Assembly: GCA_028534125.1 (NCBI GenBank)
Contig: CM052816.1
Span: 75,146,001 to 75,210,000, forward strand
Source: Lama glama
Taxonomy: Eukaryota
Length of the DNA: 64,000 nt
Direction: 5' to 3'
Shown: positions 37,522-49,599 of the stretch, in pieces
Position numbering within the stretch: the stretch's first letter is position 1
Layout of the letters: each line of letters starts with the position of its first letter
The notes under the pieces: model-generated
The model's database searches: none
Told to the model about the DNA's origin: nothing
What the model saw: the letters and a program-made list of their open reading frames with translations, nothing else
Translations under genes and position numbers: made by a program

Positions 37522-38406
37522 AATGTTCTGGCATCTTTGATATACACTCAGGCAAAACGGTCTAGGTGGCTCAGCCCTGCCCAGGACCAGGGGGAGGCCA
37601 GGGAATCAGCCCATGAGTGACTCCCTCTACTCACCTTCTTTGGAGATTGAGATTCATCTACACTTTATAGTCCTTGAAAGTGGATTCCAATTTTTGGAAA
37701 GTTTGAAGAGGGGCTAGAAGATTTTTTTGCAAGAGTTGACCCAGAAAAGGTAATGGTCAAAGCAATTAAGTGTATTTGTCCAGTTTACATAGTGAAGTTT
37801 GATTGGCTTGGGATCCAAGGCTATAGATAAAAATAAAAGCCATGAATTTGGAATGTCTCACAAGTGTTCCCATGAAGATCAACATTCCCCATAAAAGACC
37901 ACTAATAGGAAAGTTCTCTCACTCTTAGTACAGGACAGTCTGTGAAACTAATCACAGCTCTGAGCTGAGGTACAGGCCCAGCTTAATATAACCAATGAGG
38001 AGCCACGGAATAAATATAAGAATTAAATGGACAAATGGGTCTATCTCTCCATTCCTTGCCCTTGGAGGCTTCTGGGCTCTCTAGAGGTTAAAGAGATCGC
38101 CTAATAGCGAAACTTCTCAGTTCCAGATACCAAGAAGGAACTAGGCCCACCACTCGCATTTATGTGTTAGTTGGGAATCTTTTACTATTTAACAAACATT
38201 CCTCTTTCCTAAAAAGATGTCACTTTGGATGTGACCTCTGGATCAGTGATACGTCACACGATTATTTTTCTTCAAACTTCAGCAAACAGCTCCTGAGATA
38301 GGGTTTTGTAATGATAAAGAATAAGGTAGTCATAATCTTTCCTAATGGTGTATTTATTATTAGATTTCATAGGAGTCAGATTTTTGAGAACACAGCTGTC
38401 AGAAAC

Positions 38407-38936
38407 TGTGATGGCTAATTTTATGTGTCAAGCTAACTGAGCCACAGGGTGCCCAGATATTTGGCCAAACATTATTATTGGTGTGTGTCTGAGGGTGTTT
38501 CTGGGTGAGATTAACATTTAAAGAGGTAGACTGAATAAAGCCGATTGCCTTCCCTAATGTGGGTGGACCTCATCCAACTAGCTGGGGACTTGAATAGAAC
38601 AAAAAAACTGACCCTCTGCTGAGGAAGAGACAATTCCTCTTGCCAGACTGCCTTTGAACTGGGATGCTGACTTTCTCTTTCGTTTGGACTCGAACTGAAA
38701 TATCAACTCTTCCTGGGTCTCCAGTCTGCTAGCCGTCAGGCTGGAGCTACACCATTGGATCTTCTGAGTCTTCAGCTTGCCAACACCCTGCAGATTTGGG
38801 GGCTTTGTCAACCTCCACAATTGCATGAACTAATTTCTTATAATCAATCTCTCTCCTCTCTCCTTGTCCCTCCTTCCCCCCACACTCTCTCCTTATCCTA
38901 TTGGTTCTTTTTCTCCCGGGAACCCTAATTAATACA
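38407..38936 (+). mobile_element. MLT2 (MLT2C/D-like) ERVL solo LTR
   Basis: 'tgtgatggctaattttatgtgtcaa...gggtgcccagatatttggccaaacattatt...tcctattggttct...gaaccctaattaataca'. Confidence 0.92.
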
Positions 38937-39186
38937 GGAATCAACTTATAGGTTTCCACTGAAATCTGCTAACTTCTTTTATTCATAAGTATCTGTTTCT
39001 GTCTTGAGTCCTAGATGTAGGCACGTTCTAGTACAAGAAGGAAATCCCTAACATTCTGTGCAGGGTCTCAGTCCTAATTGAGCTTCTTCCTTCAGATGTT
39101 CTGAAGCTCATGGCAGGAGCCAGCTGCAGTTGGACAGACAGGGCACAAAGTGTGTCGAAGGGACTTGAAGGTGTTCTGCCCATTGT

Positions 39187-39303
39187 TGTTGTTGTTTTAA
39201 ATTGAAGTATAGTCGGTTTACAGTATTGTGTTAATTTTTGGTATACAGCATAGTGATTCAGTTATACATGTATAGATTCCTTTTCATATTCTTCTTCATT
39301 ATG
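39187..39303 (-). mobile_element. Short L1 3' end with (TTG)n-degenerate tail
   Basis: 'ttttaaattgaagtatagtcggtttaca...tacagcatagtgattcagttata'; cattgt repeats on both flanks. Confidence 0.85.
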
Positions 39304-40649
39304 CTCATTGTGTTAAAACCAAGAAATAATCCTCTGCCACCCAGGGACTGTGGAAGGAACAGAAAAAAGAGGAAAATGAGGAAGAGGAGAAAGAAGAAGA
39401 AAAGGATTGAAAGAGATGGGTGCTCTGGACAGTTTGTACTTGTTTAGAAGAAGGGCCACAAATGGGGCTGAAGTCCTCCAAAAAGATGAAAAGGCTCTCT
39501 CCACTATGTTGCCTCACTAAGAATTTCTGTTTCACTCTTAGCCTTGGAGGGATATTACACAGCCTGGAGAGAGCAGTGAATATTCAAAGTCTGCAACAGC
39601 TGTGCCTTCAAACTCTCTCCAGGATGGAGATGTTAATCAGGGGAGATGAAGGACCTCTTGCAAGACAGAAGAAAAGTCTCTTTGGAGTCTGACCTTTCCA
39701 CTTTCAACGTGTGTCCTAGTTCCCAGGGAAGGAGGCTGTGATGTGTGGTGCTTACCATCACCCCATCACACATCATCATCTAACATAACCAGGTGTTGTT
39801 TGGCTAGCCTCTTCCGCCCCCGCCATCACAAGGGCAGCAGTCCCAGAACGAGTTAACAGTTATCAGCCCTGCCCACACAGTGCAAGCATGAAGCATGAAG
39901 CATGAAAACAGGCTTTTTTTTTTTTAATGTGCCTGTTTTATATCTTCACTCTCTCAAGCAGGAAGAAGAGAAATGAGTTACAAGGAAATTTTTGTTTATC
40001 AGTCTCTGGAAAACACTGTCGGTGGGGGCGGGAAGTGGCCTCCAGGGAGAGGTGCCTGCCTGCAGTGGCCTGGGGCAGCAGGGTGGCTAGGGTGGGGACC
40101 ACAAGGAGAAGAGGAGGGAAGATCACTTAAATTCTGGGATTTGAGTAAACATGTGTTAGTTGGCTATAAACAGTGGGGTCTCCAGTGGGAAAGACTTTCT
40201 TATCTGTCTGTCTGTCTGCCTGCCCTTTCCCCATGCAAAGTCATTTACAATGGCTTTTTGTAGATACAAAGGAAGTGTCAACCAAGAATGAGTAAGAAAT
40301 GCTCCAAACACCACTGAAAATGGCCAGCCTTGGGCACAGGAACCTGGCTGTCCTGTTGGCAAAGGTCTTTTCTAAAGGTTCTCACTGCAGACTAAACGTT
40401 GCACGGCTTCTCATTAGTTCCCAGTTGCACTGTTATGGCCTCCACCCTGTTCATCCCATTCACGGTGCTCTAAGCACAAAGGTGCCCTGGGGTCCCCCGG
40501 GAAGCTGCTTATCCTCCCCAGTATGGAGCCAATACCCTGCTTCTATAGAAGGACACTGAACACCATGCACCCACGGAGCAGAGACAATAACCCAGTAACA
40601 CAGTGTTTGAGAACTGGCTTTTTCCGCAGGCTCTGGAGCATTTTTAAAA

Positions 40650-40683
40650 GATTTTTTTTATTGATGTATAGTTGATTTACGAT
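40650..40683 (-). mobile_element. Minimal (about 34 nt) L1 3' tip insertion
   Basis: 'ttttttttattgatgtatagttgatttacgat' between TSD gcatttt(t/c)aaaa (40638-40649, 40684-40695). Confidence 0.75.
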
Positions 40684-40837
40684 GCATTTTCAAAAACCAG
40701 CTTGAGAGCCCTTTTAAAATGGGCTCAGTATAGCATCTCCCTGAGCTGTGGGAAAAGGTTCTTCACCTGATTTTTCTTTTGCCTAGTTATAGCACATTTT
40801 CTCTCAGTTCTTTCCTTTTTCCATTCCAATATTAAGT

Positions 40838-41010
40838 CCCGAAGTTCTCAAAAGATCCAGAGTGAAAAATCACATGGGATGTTTGATAAAAACCTTGGGA
40901 CTTGTCTCTGGATTTATTCTCAGGAGATCTGGAGTAAGTCCAGGAATTATTTTTTAATAAGAACCTAGAAAATTGTGATGCAGGAGTCCTCAGCCCGCAT
41001 TCTGAGAGCA
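40838..41010. mobile_element. MER5-like hAT-Charlie element
   Basis: 'agttctcaaa...aatcacatggga...gatgcaggagtcctcagcccgcattctgaga'. Confidence 0.6.
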
Positions 41011-42554
41011 GGATTTTAGCCTTAGCTGCTCCAATTTGATGAGTTACCAGTGATTGTGTAATATCTGAATCCATTTTCAACTTCATTGATTTTATGCATT
41101 TTATATTTTCCATTTCAGGATTTTAAAAAACAAAACAAAAACAAAGTCAATGCATAATGCTAGAAAATCTTGCCACTATCTCAACACTGTACTTGAGTGA
41201 TTTTTTAAGATATAAAAATATGCATCCAAATATTGCTTCACGAAGTCAGCTTCAAACCAGACCTTTCATTCTGATGAAGACTGAATTTAAGCAAAACTTT
41301 ACAGAAAAAGGAAGTTTTACCATGTTCACCCATCTGATATTAAAATCCTTCAGAATAAAATATATTTGACAATAGTGAACATGTCAATGGAATTTTTATG
41401 AACTAATTCTTTCTTCTTCAAACTATGAGGTTTGTCTCTGTCTGTCGCTCTGTTTTTGTGTATCTTTCTCTCTTATTTTCTTTCAGAGAGAGAGGAAACT
41501 ATTTGTTTTCCATTGGATCAGATTCCCTACATTCAAGGTATCAATGAGTTTCATGGTAGATATTTTCAGGGACACACTGAATATCAAATTATTAGTTGCT
41601 CCAACACATTAAAAGACAAATTTTGCTTTTTGAAAATATTATTCCAGTTGTGAACTTGAGAAATTCCTGGAAAATTAGATATTGATTAGACTTAAAAATT
41701 CCACATGTAAATGAAAAGTTTGCCAATCAAGCGACATTTTAAGTACTCTGAGGCTTTTGTATATCCTGAGGAAACTTATAACAAATTTACTGGTAAAGTG
41801 AGCACCAATTTGGTAACAAGAATAGCCATCCCCTAATTTAGTCTATGCATAATAAATATGGTTATCTGTATTATACTGTATTCTATTATAGTCAGGGGCA
41901 TGTGCCCTGTATGAATTACTGTGGGCATGAGCTAATGAGACAGAGTTGAGCATGGTTTGTCTGGAGAACAGAAAACAGATGGATCTTATTGGGGTGGATG
42001 GGGAAGGAGGGAGGAAAATGACAATTGAGTGTGAAGTCCTGAGTTAAGCCTTTTGTCTGCTCTCATTTAAAATCAAAATTGTACCAGGCATGTGTTGTTA
42101 TTCTCCTCACTTTATGAATATAAAAAATTGAGTTTAATTGACTTGCCTAAAGTTATAGAGATGGTATGTAGCATAACTAGGATTTCAGTCCAGATCTGAT
42201 TCAGAACCTCATAGTCCTTCTGTTACCCAGTGGCTGCCTCTTGCATGATGGAGGATAAGCTATGGGCTCCAGGATGAGTAGACTGCGGGTTCTCATTCCA
42301 TTTCATATCCATAGACTCAGCTGTTCTCTGATTTAAATTATGGATAAGTCTATTTCAACAGCATTCATTAGCAAAAGTTGTCAGCTCTAGAAATCACCCA
42401 CTTCTACCCACCCAAATACATAGGGAACCAGATCATCTAGGCAAGAAATTGGAAGTCCCCTGGAGTGATCATGTAGTCCTTCCATTGCTCTGCCTTAAAG
42501 TTGCTGTCTGAAACTATCAATGGCACAATTGCATACTGTGTATGGTCTCTGTGT

Positions 42555-43045
42555 TTTTTCTGTAATAGCTTTTTGAGATATAACTGGCACACAATAAACT
42601 TTGCATAATTTAATTGTGCAATTTGATAAGTTTTCAACACTTACACATACGCACACTGTAAAGCCATAATCAAAGTCAAGATAATGAACATACCCATCAC
42701 CCCTTTGTAATCACTGCCTCCCACTCCTGGCTCCTTGACATCCCTAGACAACCATGGACCTGCTTTCTGTTAGTATTGGTTAATTGTATACTTTCTAGAA
42801 TTTGCATACAGGAATCATCTAGTACGTATTCACATCTGTCTGGCTTCTTTAACACAGGATAATATTTTTGAGATTCATCTATATTGCAACAATTATTGAC
42901 TTGTATCAATAGTTCATTTCCCTTTTATTGATGAACAGTGTTTTATTGTATGAATATATTACAATTTGCTTACCCATTCACCTGTTGATGGACATTGCAA
43001 ATAAAGTGGCTATGAACACTTCTGAACAAGTGTCTGTATGACACT
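42555..43045 (-). mobile_element. Old L1M (MB/MC/MD-like) 3' end
   Basis: 'aatagctttttgagatataa...tgtctggcttcttt...gagattcatctat...ccattcacctgttgatggacatt'. Confidence 0.85.
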
Positions 43046-43254
43046 TCTTATTTTTCCACTACCATGAGGACTCTAATTACACGTAAAATTTAGGATGCCT
43101 GAAGTTGTTTCATGGCTTGCTGGGTCTATTAAGCAGGAAAACTGTGAGTAGTATGATTGAGGGCTTGGATTTTTAACTTTATTTAATTTTAATTAATATG
43201 CTTATACAATTATATAGCCATGAGGCTAGTAGATTAAATATTGGACAGTGTCAA

Positions 43255-44320
43255 TATACAGAATGAAAACAAACAATAAACAAATAGACAAAAATGTCTA
43301 GTGATGGTAACTGATATGAAGGAAAGCAAAGCATGGTGAGAAGTTAGAATGAAGGCTGAGATGAAGGCGTGGAGTCTTTTTATGTAAGAAGGAAGGCCTC
43401 TCTGAAAAGGTGCACTTGAGCATAATCCTGTCAAAAATGAGGGAGCAAGACCATTGTTTGATTGGGGGAAAGAAATTCTGGCAGAAGGAACTTGAATTGT
43501 GAAATTCCTGTCGAGGGAGCAAGCTCGATGTCCTCCAGAAACAGCAAGGATGCCAGTATGAATGGAGTACACTGAGGGGAAGGGAGAGTGACAAAGACAA
43601 GACTAGAGGGCTCTTACGGGGTCAGATCATGCAGGCCCCTGTAGGCCAGGGGTAAAGGCTTGGAATTTGTTCTGATTAAACGGAGACTACTTTGTGTGTT
43701 GAACAGAGCAGTGGCATGATCTGACACATTTTTGAAAGCACTGCTCTTGTTGCTGTGTGAAGAGAAAATTGTGGAGAGCAAGGAAGGATGGAGAAAGACT
43801 AATTAAGAAGCCCTTGTAATAATCTGGAGGAGACAGGATAGCTATGCAGGGTGTTAGGGGGAAAAGTGTTAAGAAGTGGTCACATTCTAGACATATTTTG
43901 AAACAGAGTTGATAAAATTTGCTGATGAATTGGCTATGTGGTAGAAGATCAACAGAGGGGTCAAAGATGACCTCTAGTGTTTTGCCTTAAACATTGGAAG
44001 AATGGAATTTCTATTTACTGAAAAAAGAAAAATTGTATGAGGAAGAGGTTTGCGGGGGTGGGGGTGGGGGTGGGGTGGGGTGGCAAGTAAAGCATTCAGT
44101 TTTGGACATAATAAGTTTGAGCTGCTTTTTGAACTGATGGAGAGAAAATCTGAGTAGGAAAACAAGAGACTGCAGCTTAGGGGAGAGTATGTTCAGGACA
44201 TAAAAATATGGAAGTTACCTGGATATGGATGGTATTTAAACCAAACAGGATCCCCTAGGGAGTAAGTATTTATAAAAAGGAGAAATGCCCCCAGACAAAG
44301 CCTAAGTGCCTTAGCAACCC
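43255..44320 (-). mobile_element. L2 LINE, about 1 kb
   Basis: 'gaaggcctctctgaaaaggtg', 'ggggtcagatcatgcaggcccctgtaggcca', 'gtcaaagatgacctctagtgtttt', 'ttcagttttggacat'. Confidence 0.85.
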
Positions 44321-44770
44321 AGCACTCGTGTTGCTTGGACCTCTGAACGCCATATACTCCTTACTTGAGTACTTGGCTTCTTCACTACGTGGAATTTCCT
44401 GACAAAAATGGTGGTTTTTTTTCCCATGCATTTTGTGTGTTTTTGAGGAAATTTTATTGCAATAACCACCTGGATAACAACTAAGCCAGAAGAGTGGCCA
44501 CAGATCACTCTCAGAAGGAGAGAAGGTATATATAACTTGCAGGCAAAGGTAAGAATAGCTTAGGGTCACTGGTAGGGCTAGGAGCTCCTCAGTAAGCTCT
44601 AAAGAGAGTCATTTACCAGCGTAAGGAAGAAACACTTTCCTGGGCAAAGGGCCACTCTGTGTGATCATGCACGTTGTGTATCGCACACTTCTAGTGTTCC
44701 CATTGTGCACATAGGTTTTATATTTATTTTAACAATTTTCCAGAAGATGCAGGAAAGAGTCTTGAGGAAG

Positions 44771-45411
44771 TGATGCAGGAAAAACATATGTGGGGTGTGA
44801 GGAGAGCTGTGTCCCAGGCTTCGGTTGAGCCCCTGGGATGTGCCCTGCTAAGTCTGGGTCCTTGGCTTCCCGCAGGAAAGAATTCAAGAGTGAGCCACAG
44901 TTAAGTAAAGTAGATTTATTTAGAGATACATCAAAAGGCAAGAGAAAGGCCACGAGGTGTGGGGGTTGGGTGCTCAGATTAGAGTAAAAGTAGGCACACA
45001 TTCCATAGACAGAATGAGGGCCAGTCTCCTAAGGGGAGGGGGAGAGAGAGAGGCTGCGGTGGCCATGAGGTGCTGTGTTGCCAGTTTTTATGGGCTCAGT
45101 GGCTTCATATGCTATTAACTGGAAAGACCAGTTTAACTAGTCTGGGGAAGGGGCTGGGATTCCCAGGAAGTTGGCCATTTCCCACTCTGACCTTTTGTGG
45201 CTAGCCTGGGGACTGCCAAGGTGCCTGCGGGCATTTTATTCACCATGTTAATGTACTACACTGGGCGTACAATGAAGCTCAAGTCTACTAGAAGTCAAAT
45301 CTCCCACCATCCTGAGCCTCAGGGCCTACTGGGGGTTGAATCTTTCTCCATTCTGGTGTTAATTGCTATATTATTCCTTGAATGGCTGTGTCCTGCCCAT
45401 CTCCTGTCTTA
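44771..45411 (-). mobile_element. ERV1-class solo LTR (same family as 9316-9881)
   Basis: 4-bp TSD gaag (44767-44770, 45412-45415), antisense poly(A) signal tttatt at 44915-44920. Colinear with the 9.3-kb copy. Confidence 0.92.
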
Positions 45412-45794
45412 GAAGGGATACGTTTTATTTTGCCCAAAGGCCCAACATTCTCTAAATGTGACGTGAATCTTGAGCCCCCAGTGCTGGAGGAGAGCAGCCC
45501 TCTCAGAGGTCTCTCAGTGAGAAAGGAGTGGGGAGGGGGGTCTTCTGATTATGTCTCTTTCCTGTTCCTGCCCCAGGCTTACCAGGCAGAGTACAGAAGT
45601 GACCGGGGATAATTCCTCCCCAGTACAGAGTAATATAATATAGTCCAACCTGGATATTTTTGGTGTAGATGCTTTGGTAATTTCTGACTGTATTTGTATA
45701 AGTTTCTTGAATTTTTTATTCCCTTCCTCTCTGACAAACCACCAGAGTACAAGTTGAGAGAGGTATTGCAGGAAAGCAGATTGAAGAAAGGATT

Positions 45795-45955
45795 GAAAAC
45801 TCAGAGATTTGATTCTAGACCTGCTTGTCCCTTAACTGACAGCCTCCTTGGGCAAATCATTTGATATCATTTGACTTGAATTTCCATATTTGTAAAATGA
45901 AGGAATTGGACATGCTGATGATCAAAATCACTTCTTCTTCTAAGACTTCAGAATT
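45795..45955 (+). mobile_element. MIR/MIR3 fragment
   Basis: 'ccttgggcaaatcattt...tttccatatttgtaaaatgaaggaattggac'. Confidence 0.65.
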
Positions 45956-46159
45956 TCATGTGAGCTTTTATAAGATTTTGTGTAGAATTAACTGGTTAAC
46001 AAGATGACATTATTTAAAAATTCTTTTTTCTAACTAGTATCAAAGTTGAGAATTTGAGAATTGAAATGATCTCCCAGATAAACTGGATTTAGAATCTCCC
46101 AATCTGGAACCTAGCAATATTTTTCTAAGTGAATGTAGGTTTATGAGATTTTAGGAAAT

Positions 46160-46225
46160 TCTCTCTCTCTGTCTCTCTCTCCATCTCTCTCTCTCTCTCC
46201 ATCTCTCTCTCTCTCCTTCCCTCCT
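46160..46225. repeat. (CT)n pyrimidine microsatellite
   Basis: ctctctctctgtctctctctccatctctctctctctctccatctctctctctctccttccctcc. Confidence 0.9.
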
Positions 46226-46239
46226 TATTACCCATTACA

Positions 46240-46460
46240 CCATGTTGTAATAGGAAAAGCAGTTCACTTTGGAGGTCAGTCAAAAGTTCTGGCTGGAAGT
46301 TACAGCTTTGCCACTTATTAACCAAGAACTTGAACTAGTTACTAAACTTTTCTGACCCTCACTTTCCTTATGTTTAAAATCAGAATGCTAATATCCACTG
46401 TAAAGCATTATTTGGCAGATGAATCAAGAATATGTTTGTAAGTGCTCTCTGTAAACTGTA
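46240..46460 (+). mobile_element. MIR SINE
   Basis: 'cagctttgccacttatta...gttactaaacttttctgaccctcactttccttatgtttaaaat'. Confidence 0.7.
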
Positions 46461-47694
46461 ATATACTCTATGTATTCAAGGGGCCATTACTGTCATGCTG
46501 AGAACAGGTCTCCATCACAGTGAAATGTCAACAAATGAAACATAAAAACCAAACGTATTGTTTGATCTACAGCCTCTCCCACAGCAATCCTCTCTATATC
46601 ATGCCATGTTATCTTCCCAACAGCCCTGAGAGGTGAGTTTCATTTTGCCAGGTTTTAAAGGTAAGGAAGCTGAAATACAGTTAAGTATAGTTCAGTGTTA
46701 TGTTATTTTCTTTGAAAATGGTTATAAGTACATAGCAGGGCTCTTGATTTTATTTTTCTCTCCTACTACATCATGCTAGAAAAAGGTTCCATTCTGATAA
46801 TTTAATAGACTATTTTTATTTCTCTTCACCTATTCCTCCCCAGTTCTCAGTGCTACATTCCCGTTCCCATTTTAAAGGAAAGAGTTCTATGAGCCACACA
46901 CATACAGTTTGTTATGAAAGATTCAGACACAGAATGTAGATCATTTTTGATTCCTGTTTAAGGGAAAGATAGCTCCTCTGCTCCTGTCTGACCTTGGCAA
47001 ATTTGGCAAGGTTTATTTTAGACACTGCCAAATGTTTGATCTTTTTAATTAGTATGTCCTATGCCTTTATAGCAGCCATCCCCCAGAACCTCAAAAGCAA
47101 TTCATAGTCATTAGGAGTTAATATGCTCAGTGTCTGTGAGGCAGGCATGGTGCAGGTGGTGTTATCTGCCTTTTCACATGGGGGAACTGGAAGTCACTGT
47201 GATGCTTCTGGGCTGTTCTGAGGGGGATTGGGTGACTCAAGAGTAGATCTCAGTTGTTTATGCAGAATCAGAACTCTCACCAGTATACTTCTTAGCTGGG
47301 AAAAAATTATCTGGGACCAAGAGCAGGAATAGTAGAGCTGTCTTATTAAAATCCAAATCCACTGTTTCTTACTGCCTCGTACTAACCTTTCCCTTTACTC
47401 AAACAAGGTTTTACAGATTTTGAAGCACTTAGTCATTCATGAATGTATATATGCGTCAATCCATTTGTTCATCCATCCTTGCATCCGTGTATCCATTAAT
47501 AAGTTCTTCAGAATAAAGCAGATGCTTAACAGATGCATGTGGAGAGAATAGTGTGATAAATAAAAAGGTAGAAGTAATTAATTCTACCTGGGGTTAGCTT
47601 TAGAGAGACGATAAGTTGTATCTTGGAAACAGCAACCCATGAGGTGCAAAACTCAAGCAGATGTCTTAAATTATGCCCCCATCAAGCTTTAGAG

Positions 47695-47872
47695 CCATAC
47701 TTCTCAGATGTCAGTGTGCATGAGAATCACAAGGAGGGCTTGTTGAGCCACACGTTCCTTGGCCTCCATCTTTAGCAACTCTGATCCATAAGTCGGGAGC
47801 GAGTGTATCTCTAACAAGCTCCTGAGTCGTGCCACTGCTGCTAACCTATGGACCACACTTTGAGGACCACCG
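47695..47872. mobile_element. MER5A hAT-Charlie element
   Basis: 'cttctcagatgtcagtgtgcatgagaatcacaaggagggcttgtt...ctaacaagctcc...ggaccacactttgaggaccac'. Confidence 0.85.
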
Positions 47873-48255
47873 CTTCAGAGGCAGACAAACCTTTGAAGTC
47901 ACTGTTTTAACTGTGTGATTCCCATAACTCATTTTTCTAGAACCCCACATTAGTATAATCTAAGAATGGCAGTGATCAGTGAATAAAAACTCTCACTGTT
48001 AAAAAAAGAGGCAAATATGACCCAAACATTTTCAGTGATTTGCAGATTACCGAGTCAGTAGCAAATTTTACTTCACACAGCTTTCCAAACCATGATTTCT
48101 GTTGAATTTGTCTCAGAGCTGATCCTCTCTGTCTACCAGTACAGGTTTCAATTACTTTTATGAGTGTTGAAGTGCTGATCGAACAGTGGCTTGTGAGGGT
48201 AGGTGGGGGCATCAATACTCAGACCAGCTGCAAAATAAACACCAGAATGGTGTCA

Positions 48256-48522
48256 ACTGAAAGGAAAACACAGACTTGTAAGTTTCAGTTTTATTCAGGG
48301 AACTTAGTGAGAGTCACAGCCCTGTTAGGCTTCTTTCTGGGCTGGGCTACAGCAGTGTCCAGGACCTGGCCTGCCAGTGGTGGGGGGGCAGGTAGACGGA
48401 TAAGTTTCGGTTTCACATTTCTTGTCCAGGTGCCCAGTTCGGTTTCTAAAAAGGGAGCCTGACGGGACGTCTTATGCGAGACAAAGTCGTAAAGCCTTAT
48501 AGGATTCGGTGGGTTCCGTTTC
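48256..48522. promoter_or_regulatory. ISRE/IRF motif cluster, candidate interferon-responsive promoter or enhancer
   Basis: AGTTTCGGTTTC 48403-48414 (perfect ISRE), AGTTCGGTTTC 48436-48446, AGTTTCAGTTTT 48281-48292, GGTTCCGTTTC 48512-48522, G-rich Sp/KLF-like box 48382-48392, and 9 CpGs in 48397-48518. Confidence 0.6.
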
Positions 48523-48814
48523 TTTAGACTATCATTAGGGGAGGAATGGCCTCTGGAAACAATAAATGGCACTGAAGACCAAGAAGAATTAAGGAATGAG
48601 GTGTCCACAATTGAGAGTAAGACATAAGACTGTGACGGTCTTTACAGCTTTTGGTTCCTGAATGCTGCCTGGGATTGTAGGGGCAGATGGGCCCCTAAGG
48701 TAGGGAAGTCTTTCTCTAGACATTTTAAGGTCTGCAGGAACTAGAGGCTCTGTGAATGGCCACTGAATTTTTAACATGTAATTTAGAAGCCAGTATGAAT
48801 TTGTAAAGGGAGTT

Positions 48815-49055
48815 CTGTGCTGTTGAGAAAGCATGAGGTTTGGAATTCAAAGACACAGGTTCTGGTGTCTGTTCTGGTTCATGGGACCTGGTCAGGTCCC
48901 TAACCTATTTGGACTTCAGTTTCTCTGGTTCTAAAACAAAGTTAAAACCCAGTTATAATGATATTCACCCTACTTAACCCACAGTGTTGCTGTGAGGATC
49001 AAATGAGATAACACATATGAAAATGTTTTGCAAATATAGATGCTAGTTTATTATT
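48815..49055 (+). mobile_element. MIR SINE
   Basis: 'cttcagtttctc...gttgctgtgaggatcaaatgagataac'. Confidence 0.8.
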
Positions 49056-49599
49056 TTGGGGTGTCTGGTGTTGCAGGGCATAGAAGATAAATGTAAAATA
49101 TGGTCACTGCCCATAAAGAACTTACAATTTAGTTGGGGTGATAAGACTTACCCCCATGAAAAATTAAGGCTTTCATAAAACTCAAAATAGGGAATAATAG
49201 TCAGAGGAGGCCGTATAAGACTTAAGATGTGGGCAACGCCCCCAAAATGAAATGCTACGAAGCCTCCATGAGTTTGCATCAAGCAACTGAGCGTCATTTT
49301 AGTATATATATTCTGTTATTTCTTCTGCTCCTGGACTGTGAGCTGCTCTACAGCAGGCATTTTATACTGTTCGTCATTTTTAACCCCAAAGCTTAGCATA
49401 GTGCCTTACACTTATAGACGTTCAGTAAACAAACAGTGACTTACTGACAGACTGACTAAGAGAACGAATGAATACACCGCAAGGAAAAGCCCTGTTTTGA
49501 GCATCATGCCAGGATCCTGGATCAAGAAGCCGTGGCATTTTTTAAAGTGAAGCATATATTCAGAAATTGAATAAATGATAAATATAACAGGTCTTTTCA

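Noticed and set aside
39739..39775. 12-bp inverted repeat tgatgtgtggtg / catcacacatca
   Set aside because: Stem is too short and low in complexity for a miRNA or other structured RNA call.
9882..44770. Provirus between the two related LTRs
   Set aside because: The LTRs are inverted, each has its own TSD, and no PBS or internal retroviral sequence is adjacent.
48291..48608. 105-aa minus-strand ORF over the ISRE cluster
   Set aside because: Non-ATG start, no recognisable homology and no supporting exon structure; the regulatory reading explains the sequence better.
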